Assembly (NCBI GenBank): GCA_032718475.1
Contig: JAUCBJ010000039.1
Coordinates: 1 to 45,526 of the forward strand
Origin: Nemertoderma westbladi
Lineage: Eukaryota; Animalia; Xenacoelomorpha
Direction: 5' to 3'
DNA length: 45,526 nt
Shown: one piece after another, positions 12,149 to 21,848 of the stretch
Position numbering within the stretch: the first letter of the stretch is position 1
Layout of the letters: each line of letters begins with the position of its first letter
Program-made: the position numbers and the translations under genes
Notes under the pieces: generated by a model
What the model saw: the letters and a program-made list of their open reading frames with translations, nothing else
What the model was told of the DNA's origin: nothing
The model's database searches: none

Positions 12149-15100
12149 CAATAGTAAAACACAAATCATGGAGCCCAAAGATGACAATAAAACTGAAATG
12201 GGCGATAGCATTATTGGAATCAAAAAATCGAATAATACAATACGTATTGGAACCTTGAACTGTCATGGGATAATAGGAAATATAGGATACTTTAAAGAAC
12301 TTCTATCAGAGTTGGATGTATTAGCAATACAGGAACATTGGTTGGATGAGCAAGAATACCATCAGAGCATATCAAAGGATATTGATGACAATTTTGATAG
12401 TGTCTATACGGTTAGTGAGAAGATGACAAATATAAACAGATGGAGGGGAATGGGTGGGACTTCTTTGATTTACAGGAATGGTATTTTTGGAAGCATCAAT
12501 GCAATAAAGTCCGGAGATGATATTGTGGGAATAAAGGCGAAGCTACATAATTGTACACAGGAATTATTGTTTATCTCATGTTATGCTCCGGACTCCAGCA
12601 AGCACCCCATTGAATACATAAATTTTTTGTCAAGGCTCAAGAACGTAATACAAGAAAATGGAACTTCAATACCATTTATCCTAGGAGACATGAACGCTGA
12701 CGTTGGGGCCACCCAAGGACCACGTTTTCAGAGGAGTAAGCCGTCTTCTCAAGGATATCTTCTTCTTAATCTTCTTAATGACATGGGTATGATCACAGTG
12801 GATACAACACCTAAATTTACAGGGCCAGTGGTAACTTTTTACGGACGTGGGAAGACATACATAGACCATATAATATCAACGAAGATGGGAGAAAAATTTA
12901 TTACTCGGGGTAAGGTTCACATACAGAAAGAAGAATCTAACTTATCGGATCACGCTCCTATCACAGCCATAATACATATGCCAAAATCTAATAACCAAAG
13001 AAACCAGAACTGCCCTGTACGGAAACAGAAAGCCACCGCATGGCGACGAGTGAATGAGGATCAGGCTAAAATGTCTAGGGAGCAAGTCAGTAGTGAGTTG
13101 GAGCAACTAAAACTTAGATATGGCCCCGTTAGCTCATGGTCAGAAATGGATATGAATAGTTATATGGAAGGAATCATAATTGCCATTACGTCTGCATCAT
13201 TGAAGTATCTACCCCAGGTGAAACATAGAAAACATACCAAGAATGTTAGAATTCATAATATTTTATTAGCCGAGCGATCAAAGGTCACTAAGAAGCTGTT
13301 AAATATATGGGCTAGAAGAGGGAAGGAGACAAATGACCCATATGGTATGGCTTTCAAGGAAGCAAGGACGAATATTCGCCGACTAAGAAATATGATCTCG
13401 AAAAATAATGTTAGAGAAGTAACAATGGGCATAGACCCTCATATATCCACTTCAAAACAATTCTGGAATAATTTTACAAAGAAAGAAAGGAAAAGACGTC
13501 AAGGAGGTGGAACCATGTCGAGCATGTTACAGACGAACATTAGGGAACATTTACAAGTTAAATTCAACAAAAGTTCAAGGGTTAGTGTAGATAATGATAT
13601 GGAGGAATTACGTAGGGAATTACACGAAAAGTGTAAAGGAACAATGCCATCCTTCAGCTCAGTCGAAATAAGTAGAGTAATAAAGAGGTTACCGCGTGGT
13701 AAAGCATTGGATTTTGCGTCCCTAACATCAGAACACATACAATGCTTAGAGATAGATAATATTAGTAATCACCTAGAAATAGTGTTTGCGGTAGCCACAA
13801 GACTAGGCCAAGTACCGTCATTATTTGGAAAAACAATAATTAGTAGCATATTCAAGGGTGGAGGCAGAGATGCGCAATTACCCCAATCCTATCGTCCTGT
13901 TTCAAGCGTTAGTGTGTTCGGAAAGATATTCGAAGGAGTATTGGCATATAGGATAACCACCTACTCCAAACTTAAGGTTCACAGGTTACAGACGGCTTAT
14001 AGGAAAAGAAATGGAGCAGACCTAGTAATATCGTTAATCCTAGAATGTATAGAATATTATCGAAAACGTAAAGTCCCAGTATATTTATGCCAAATGGACA
14101 TAGCTTCGGCATTTGATAGCGTCAATCATGTGAAACTATTTAGAAACCTATCAAAGTTCGTAGACCCATATATAACTCTTCTGCTAATTAGCTATTATGA
14201 AGTAACAGAAATGTTCTGTAAATTTGATAATCTCGTGGATATTAATGGGTTCAGAGTATCAAACGGAGTAAAACAAGGATCAATTTTGTCACCATTGCTT
14301 TTTAATTTTTATACTTCTGAGATAATGGATGATATGGAGAACTCTCAGCTGGGATGCCATATAGCCTCTGAATGGATAGGAGCAGTTTGTTACGCCGATG
14401 ATTATCTGCTTATATCAACAAACAGACATGACATAACTCGACTCGCCACCGTATTAATGAAAAGTGCATCGAAAATTAACCTAGATATTGAGTGTTCAAA
14501 AACCAAATGGATATGTATATCAAAACAGCAAGAAGAGACATCAAATCAACTTGTAATTATTGGGAAACAAATAAAATCCAGTGACCGAATTAAATTCCTT
14601 GGTGTAAAGTTATTCTCAAATGCAAACAAAATAAAGGGTGAAATAGATAGTATTTTGTATCGTATCTCGAACGAGTTTCTACGGAATAGTTGGACCCCTG
14701 AATGGTTTAGCTTGAACACAATTGCAAAACTATGGACTTCATACGCTCTCCCAAAGATTTTATATAGCACACGATTCTATCTGGGTGGACTGTCGAAACA
14801 AGATATTGCAGGAATAGATGTAACCTATAGAAAGATTTTGCGAAAGTTACTCCATTTGGGACGTTATGCAAATAACCAGGTTATATACGAACTCCTAAAT
14901 ACGTTGCCGCTCAGAGTGATGATATATCGAGAAATTTTATCCATGATAATTAGAATTCCATCATGTCCAAATAATGGTATCCAAAAACTCCTACTGATAC
15001 TATTATTGGAAAACAAAAATCAGAAGTATCAGGGGCTGGGAAGTGCGTTCAACTCCGCCGCCATAAACTATCCAATACCATCTCTCATAAACTTGCTGAA

Positions 15101-15263
15101 TGGACTTTATAGTAAAAAATGTATCCAATCGGAGATTGAAACTGGGTGTCTAACAATACAAGAGTTAATAACTGTGTCATTTATTAAATCTACATACGGA
15201 TTACAGAGTTTGAGCTTTAAACAGAAACACACACGAGTCTTGGAATACTTCAACATTAACTAA
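12129..15263 (+). CDS. LINE-B ORF2: AP endonuclease + reverse transcriptase, uninterrupted (first ATG at 12168)
   Basis: APE motifs GTLNCHG, IQEHWL, YAP, GDMNA, IDH, SDH; RT motifs SYRPVS, DIASAFDSV, GVKQG, YADD. Confidence 0.95.
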   Translation: MYINAPNNSKTQIMEPKDDNKTEMGDSIIGIKKSNNTIRIGTLNCHGIIGNIGYFKELLSELDVLAIQEHWLDEQEYHQSISKDIDDNFDSVYTVSEKMTNINRWRGMGGTSLIYRNGIFGSINAIKSGDDIVGIKAKLHNCTQELLFISCYAPDSSKHPIEYINFLSRLKNVIQENGTSIPFILGDMNADVGATQGPRFQRSKPSSQGYLLLNLLNDMGMITVDTTPKFTGPVVTFYGRGKTYIDHIISTKMGEKFITRGKVHIQKEESNLSDHAPITAIIHMPKSNNQRNQNCPVRKQKATAWRRVNEDQAKMSREQVSSELEQLKLRYGPVSSWSEMDMNSYMEGIIIAITSASLKYLPQVKHRKHTKNVRIHNILLAERSKVTKKLLNIWARRGKETNDPYGMAFKEARTNIRRLRNMISKNNVREVTMGIDPHISTSKQFWNNFTKKERKRRQGGGTMSSMLQTNIREHLQVKFNKSSRVSVDNDMEELRRELHEKCKGTMPSFSSVEISRVIKRLPRGKALDFASLTSEHIQCLEIDNISNHLEIVFAVATRLGQVPSLFGKTIISSIFKGGGRDAQLPQSYRPVSSVSVFGKIFEGVLAYRITTYSKLKVHRLQTAYRKRNGADLVISLILECIEYYRKRKVPVYLCQMDIASAFDSVNHVKLFRNLSKFVDPYITLLLISYYEVTEMFCKFDNLVDINGFRVSNGVKQGSILSPLLFNFYTSEIMDDMENSQLGCHIASEWIGAVCYADDYLLISTNRHDITRLATVLMKSASKINLDIECSKTKWICISKQQEETSNQLVIIGKQIKSSDRIKFLGVKLFSNANKIKGEIDSILYRISNEFLRNSWTPEWFSLNTIAKLWTSYALPKILYSTRFYLGGLSKQDIAGIDVTYRKILRKLLHLGRYANNQVIYELLNTLPLRVMIYREILSMIIRIPSCPNNGIQKLLLILLLENKNQKYQGLGSAFNSAAINYPIPSLINLLNGLYSKKCIQSEIETGCLTIQELITVSFIKSTYGLQSLSFKQKHTRVLEYFNIN

Positions 15264-15939
15264 CAAACTAGGGAACTAGGCTAACGTAAATCTTGTAACT
15301 GTATACTTAGGGTTGGTTTTAAAACATATAATATAAATTGTGCATATTACGACTGATGTTGGAACTTCTTGAAACGTTTATTAATTTGTGTTTGTAAATA
15401 TTGTAAATTATGTCTCATGGGTGTATGTATCTCTAGCTATCTGGAAATTTAGCCCGACCTTTTACTGAATATAGCCACCGGGGCGTGAAGCCGGACGAAT
15501 AATTAAATTATTATGTATCCTTGGATACTAGCAGTGTGCTATTTATTCCTTATGCTATTCAATGGGGCAAGCTTTTATTGTTCTTTTAACTCACTTCTAA
15601 TTCTAGCGTGGTTGTTGCCATGGTAACATTATGGAAAGCTAGCAGTAGAATTAGGGTAATTCTCATGCATACAGATCTGGGATGCTATTTAATAGTAATT
15701 CTTTAATTGTCAATATTCCTCTTTATACATGATTTTATGAATTTTATCGGCTATTGACTATATATTGGAGATTCTCGCACACTAATATACTTAATAGGGT
15801 GAATCTCCACTCCCATGATCTATTAATTAATGGAATTTTGGGAATGTTATAAATTGTATAAAAATGACAATTTATCAAATTCATTAAAAGAGATGAATTT
15901 AAATTTATTCCCGTAAATTTTATTATTTAATGTTGGAAT

Positions 15940-16075
15940 AAGCACAATTTTATTCCAGAGCATGTCTGGGGACTGGGATCCTTGATTCTAGGGAATTTGT
16001 CCTTTTAAGAGTATCGGTAAGTGCTTCGATATCTTAATCGACTAGAATTTTAAAGGATCTAAAATTTAACAGATT
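15940..16075. ncRNA. Putative structured RNA motif, copy A1 (long hairpin, short hairpin and 6-bp pseudoknot)
   Basis: Stems gatcctt/aaggatc, attctag/ctagaat, ttaaga/tcttaa, tatcg/cgata, ccaga/tctgg; loop gtgctt (16021-16026) is complementary to aagcac (15940-15945). Confidence 0.6.
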
Positions 16076-16078
16076 TTA

Positions 16079-16696
16079 ATTTATAGATTTTCTAGAGTTA
16101 ACTTGTGGGGCGAGCCACGAAGTTGGCGGAGCCTTAGCGAATTGACACTGTTAGGGGGTGGGTCAATTTATGCAAATAGTTGTCGTCGTCGTCGTTGTCG
16201 TCGTCGTCGTCGTCGTCGTTGTCGTCGTCGTCGTTGTCGTCGTCGTCGTCGTTACGATTTTGACATGCTAATAACTTTGTCGGATTTAAAGCTGCCAAGT
16301 TGAAAATTTGTAGGTATCAATATGAGCAAAAGTTGAGATTTTTGAGAGACTTTCAGACACCATCAGTGCAATGGTCTCCCGCTAGAGGGCCACATGTCTA
16401 AACATTAAATGCCCTCCCATTTCTTTGCTTTTAATCCGTTTAAGCTGAAACTTGGCAGATATGTATTAGACCATTAGCTGTGACTTTCAAAGGAGGCGAA
16501 TCCATCTGCAGTTCTCCAGTCTGCCGCTAGAGGGCCAACGGTCTGAAAGTGAAAACAACTAACGACGACAACTATTTGCATAAATTGACCCACCCCCTAA
16601 CAGTGTCAATTCGCTAAGGCTTCGCCAACTTCGTGCTGCGCGAAGTCCCCACTTCGTGTAAGTATTTACTCTATTGTATTTGCTTGACAGATTTTA
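16079..16696 (+). mobile_element. Non-autonomous Helentron/DINE-1-like insert with (GTC)n microsatellite and ~74-bp inverted repeat
   Basis: Absent from element 2; acagatttta on both sides (16069-16078, 16687-16696); IR 16116-16189 / 16562-16635; ends tgtggggcgagccacgaag and cgtgctgcgcgaag.ccccac shared with the 33-37 kb array. Confidence 0.7.
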
Positions 16697-16724
16697 TAAA
16701 TATTAATAGTTAATATTTAAGATG

Positions 16725-16860
16725 GGCACCGGTTTATTCCAGAACATGTCTGGGGACGTTAACCATTGATTCTAGAATTTTGTCTTTCAAGTATATCGGT
16801 GGGTGCCGCGATATCTTAATCGACTAGAATTACAGATGGTCAAAGGGTTTAACAGATTGA
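16725..16860. ncRNA. Putative structured RNA motif, copy A2
   Basis: Same architecture as A1 with compensatory changes (accat/atggt outer stem; ggcacc 16725-16730 pairs with loop ggtgcc 16802-16807). Confidence 0.6.
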
Positions 16861-17380
16861 TTTTGCGTTTTACGCTACTGATAAAGGGACATCACGCTAC
16901 TATATGTATTATTTAATATACGGTATGAGAGCAATATTGCAAGAAGCAATGTCAGTGAGAAGAGGCAAGTCGTTTCCAAGGTCTACCCAGAGCTTGGTTT
17001 AGCCGAGACACGAGGATCTGAACTTTGCATTCCTAATACTATACTTACCAATAATACTTGAATATAGTAGGAGCTTTATTGTACTTTAATAAGTAGGGAC
17101 CTTTCATCTTACTGTAGTCACGCATTTATAATGTAATACGGACAGTAAGGAAAGAGAAAAAGAATTATTTCTCGCCGTTGCACTAAATATATATAATATA
17201 AGTAATTAAGTAATAAAGACTAATATATATTGCACTAATCTACTAGATAATCGCAAAATAACATTCTACTAAATAAAATTAAAGAAAACGATTATAATAA
17301 AAGTACATAATAATACATACATAAATATAAAAATAATAAAAACATATAAAATAATAGTCACACACCCACTCCAGACATCA

Positions 17381-20300
17381 TTACATTGTGGAGTCCCTGG
17401 ATGTTGGTTGGATTAGGGAGGTGGTCGTGGGAAGAGTATCTTGCCTTCCATAGTTTCCAGAGAGTTCTCTGTCTCTTTCCAGGAAACATAAACGACCAAC
17501 TGGGCGATTGAGCTGCTGCGTTTCGAATACAATTCCCGGTTTCTTAAAGTTACGTCGCATGACGACGAGTTCTACCGATCACACTAAACCGTCATTTGAG
17601 ATATGAGTCTCGATGATACGACCTGTCTGCCACCGCTTACGTGGAAGATCTGTTTCCACAATAAGGACCATGTCTCCGGCGCTGACGTTTTCTTGCTGCG
17701 CAAACCACTTGGTTCGAAGTTGTAGCGTAGGCAGATAATGTTTTTCGAAATGGTCAGCGAAACGACGGGATAATAACTGCATAAGTTGCCAAGTTTGTCG
17801 GCAGTATTCGTCTCCGTCCGTGATTTCCGATCGTGGGAGCATGGCTACAGGTTTCTTCAGTAGGAAGTGCGCGGGTGTTAGCGCTTCTAGGGAGTCGGGA
17901 CTCGATGAGAGTGGCATAAGCGGTCTCTCGTTGAGATAGGCGGCGATTTCCTCCATTAACGTCCGAAAAAGTTCGTCGGTGAGATACGCGCGGCACGGCA
18001 CTATAAAGTGAAATGCGGTCTTCACGCTCCTGATTAATCTCTCCCAACTTCCTCCCCACCAAGGGGCGTCGGTGGCGTTGAAGGTCCAGCTAGAAGCTGT
18101 TACCCTTAGCTGATCGTCCACCTGTCTTTGGTTCCAATCTTTGACGTAAGCCTTGATTTCATTGTTGGCACCAATGAAGTTCGTTCCCTTATCAGATCTC
18201 ATCGTGTTACTAGTTCCAAAGCGAGCGATCTGTCGGCGTAAGCTCAGTATGAAGCTGTTGGTAGATAGATCGTTCACCATATCGAGATGGATAGCTCTAC
18301 AAGTCATACAGACAAAGATGACACACCATCTCTTGACTATAGTCCTAGCACGATATACTTCAATAGGGCCAAATAAATCCACACCGGTATTTGTGAAGGG
18401 TGGTTCATAAAAGCTTACTCGTTCCCTAGGTAATTCTGCCTCTCGCTGTGTTAAAGGCCTACTGAATGCTTTCCTACAGGGTATACAGTTCCTAAGAACT
18501 TGGTTCAGAGCTCTACGGGGTTTATGAAAATAATAGCGAGTTCGAATTTCGCTAAGAACTCGTTCTCTACCAGCATGGTAAAGCTTACTGTGAACATCTA
18601 CAATCATCTTGATATGTATTTCAAGATTTCTAATGGGTATGGGAAATTTAGTGTCAAAGGATAATGGAGCATTAGTTAGTCTTCCTCCAATGCGTATTAA
18701 CCCATCTATCATTGTGCTAGAGAAACGATCCCTTAAGCGCATCTGTGGATTTCTCATCAACAGAAAATACTTATCGGAATCCTCATAGCATTGCAGGAGT
18801 CTCAGTATCTGCTTATTGGTTTCTTCATGCTCCTGGTAACTGATCCTCTCCTTCAGTAATCTGTCTGATATCTTGTATTTGGGAAGATCTTTAACAACAT
18901 GGACCTGCGCAGATGTCAGTGGAGCGGTATCACTAGCGATCTTCTTTCTGGAGTAGTGATAATGAAAGCATCGCTTCAAATATGTAACGGCCTTACAGAG
19001 CCGATTCCAGGAGCTATAGTGATGTATCGCTCTCTGCAGGAGTGGTGAGAGTCCCTGCGAGACGTCTGGTGTTCCAGATTTCCAATCTCTCTCTCTGATT
19101 TCCACAACAGACTTATTTGTGGCGGGGGATTTTGGATCCAAAGCGTCGTCTCCGGAAATGTGTAGTACAGACAGATCTATCACGGGTTTGAATAACTTCG
19201 ATTTACTCGCCCGGGTTTTAGGTTTGACTTTCTCCGCTCCCTTGGCTTGTCTAATCTCAGCCGTGGTAAGATGAGGAGGCCATTCATCCTCTTCCTTGCT
19301 TAGGAAGTCGGGTCCACCTAACCAGTCTGGAGTATCTATCAGTTCTTGTGGAGTTGCTCCCCTGGAGGCGATGTCGGCTGGATTAATCGTCCCAGGGCAA
19401 TGTCTCCATTGATCTATCTTCGTGCGACTAAGTATAATGGCTACTCTGTTGGTAACGAAGACGCTGAACTGACAGACTTCATTGGTTATATACTCCAACA
19501 TGAGTAAAGCATCGGTCCAATAGACAGTTTTCTCCAGTGGATAGTCGATCTGTTCTGTTACATTCCGGCCGATGGCTGTAGCGTATAGAGCCGCTTTTAA
19601 CTCCGCTCGAGGAACTCTCAGTTTGTTGTTTATCAAGGCCTTAGAGGTAACCAAGGCGACCTTAATTCCATCCGGAGTTTCAACCCTCAAGTAGGCTACT
19701 ATACCTATTCCCATGTCGCTGGCGTCTCCAAACACATGGAGTTGATAGGAATACGTGGGGAGAACGTGACCAAAATAAGAACGGGAAATCGTAAAATTCT
19801 CGATGGATGGTAGAGAATCTTCCCATTTCATCCACTTCTTTAATAGTTCTCCCTTAAGTGGATTGTCCCACGAGTGGTTTTCAAGCCACATTTGTTGTAC
19901 TAAACTCCGAGCAATCAATATAACTGGGCTAATAAATCCCAATGGATCGAAATAAGTGCTCAGGATACTTAGACAAATCCGTTTAGTTCGAATTGGATTA
20001 TCTCGCTGTTTTAGCTGGAAAACAGGATATCTCACTCCGTGTCCCATTTCAAACCAAGCGTCTTGGTTTCTGGAAGATCGTCCTTGATAAGGTCTAGATC
20101 TTTAACTCCTCGGTCTTCTACCGGGATCGATTCCAGAAATTCATGGGAGTTACTGGTGAATTTGGTTAATCGAAATCCACCTCTTTTCAAGCACTCTACC
20201 ATTCCTTTGGCGACATCAATGGCTTCTTCCACCGATGGGAGGGACTTTAAATTGCCGTCCATGTATATATCCCGTTTGATGTTGTCGATAACCACATGTT

Positions 20301-21848
20301 GATGTTGTCATCAGCAGTGGTGCGCACTACTGAGCAGGCGTTTGAGGTGCTCGAGATGATCCCAAAGGCCTGGATGGTCATCCAGTACTCCACCGGTTTC
20401 TGGTTGAGGTCTCCTTCAGGCCACCACAGAAATCGTAGGCTATCCCGATCCCTATCCAGCGCCTTAACTTGTAAGAACATGCCTTCTATATCGGAGGCGA
20501 AAGCGATCGAATATTGTCATAATCTTAAGAGTATTCCCAACAAGGATTGGAGTAAGTTGGGTCCCGGCAACAACTCGGAGTTAAAGGATTGGCCCATGTA
20601 GAGGGCGGAGCCGTCAAATACTACCCGGACTTCATTGGGTTTACCGGGTTTGGGAACGTAATGATGTGTTAAATAGTACGTTCTCTCAGTAATGGGTGTT
20701 TCTTCCAGTACTCGCTCCGCATATCCCTTGTCAATGAATTTCTTCAGCTGGGTCTTGTACATCTCCTTAGCTGAAGCATTTGCCGTAAGGCGTCGATGTA
20801 GTTGCGCAATTCTCTTCTCCTCCAAGGGTCGGTTGTTTATAAAATTGGGTTCTCACCATCGGAAAGGCAGACCAATCTCATACCTACCTTGATCTTTAAG
20901 AAAACGTGTAGTCGTTTCCTGTATCTGCTTGGCTCTTTCCTCTTCTACCGATAGGGCCTTATCGTAGGAATTGGGCTCTACAGCCTCTTGAGTAAAGAAT
21001 CGTACGGCGTGTTCATCACGAGTCTTCGCGTTGTAACGATCTATCACTTCATTCAGTTCGTCGTTGTAATCGACTTGTCCTGCTGGATGGATGAGGTGAC
21101 ACAGGTTCACTTGGTTTTGCCAAGTTTCATTTTCCGTAAGGAGGTCGATGGTATTCTCCTCGTCGAAAAGTTGATGAATATCGTCATTATCTGAGGAGTA
21201 TGGTGTTCCCTCAGGTGTGTCGTCTCCCTCACTGATTTCCTCTTCCCATTCACTCACCTGGTAGACTTGATCTTTAGGTAGCCTTTCCATGAGTGTCCTA
21301 CGGGAAGGTCCAGTAAAGTACCAACCTACTCTAGTTCTTCCCGCATAGGTTTGCAATGGTTGCAGTTGAGCAGGCCGTTTCTCTAATGTCTCAAGCGCCT
21401 CATGCGCATTTTGGCCGATGAGTATCTGTACCCCTGGGTAGTCGGGGTTGAATCTAGGTATCTCCTGCTGCTGGGTGAAATCGTCTTCATCCCAGTTATA
21501 AGGTTCCACTTGGCTGGTAGCAAAGTTCTTTATCGCCACCATTTTTACTGACCTTATACTGTGTTTTCCTAGTTCATCCTGGGGGGTGGACAACGCGCCT
21601 ACATAGTAGTCTGTAGCTACTGTAGATTTCCAAACCTGCATAATTCCTGAAAGGTTCAACTTAGTTCGGAACTTGGGTTGTCCAGCAAAGATGTCTTCGG
21701 CTAGTTCTTTGTCGATGAATGTTCCTGTGCTGCCGGAGTCAAGGAGGGCGTTCACTATATAGCTCTTTTTTAACCCGTGGACTCTCAACTGCACTACGGG
21801 AAATTCTCGGATTCCTACGTTGGAAGTTGGCGCTTTCCAAGATGGTTG
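17381..21848 (-). pseudogene. pol: BEL/Pao pol of element 1: aspartic protease, RT, RNase H, integrase; several frameshifts and stops
   Basis: PR LLDSGSTGTFI; RT RVVFDGS, GPNL, DIEGMFLQV, LRFLW, YMDG; RH FGDAS, PRAELKAA, WTDA, NPAD; IN H-H-CxxC, DLFGP, SDKGTNF, WERLIRSVK; reading through TGA 17579-17581 continues to TAA at 17381. Confidence 0.95.

Larger units (their letters stand above)
9285..15507 (+). mobile_element. LINE-B: APE-type non-LTR retrotransposon, 5'-truncated inside ORF1, nested in BEL element 1
   Basis: Flanks cacgttattat / ttattatgtatcc rejoin to match element 2 (~41075-41093); TTATTAT repeated at 9278-9284 and 15508-15514; ORF1 frame is open from the junction. Confidence 0.92.

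Noticed and set aside
15616-15629. GTTGCCATGGTAAC, a near-perfect RFX X-box
   Set aside because: Element 2 has GTTGCTATGGTGAC and the site sits at the tip of a larger hairpin. It is as easily an RNA stem, so not supportable as a regulatory site.
15950-16075. H/ACA snoRNA, hammerhead, HDV or group I intron identity for the structured motifs
   Set aside because: ACA follows each hairpin on plus, but there is no clear H box or two-hairpin layout. No CUGANGA/GAAA, HDV or P7 cores were found.
16103-16303. Arg/Cys-rich protamine-like ORF
   Set aside because: Translation of a (GTC)n microsatellite inside a non-autonomous element.
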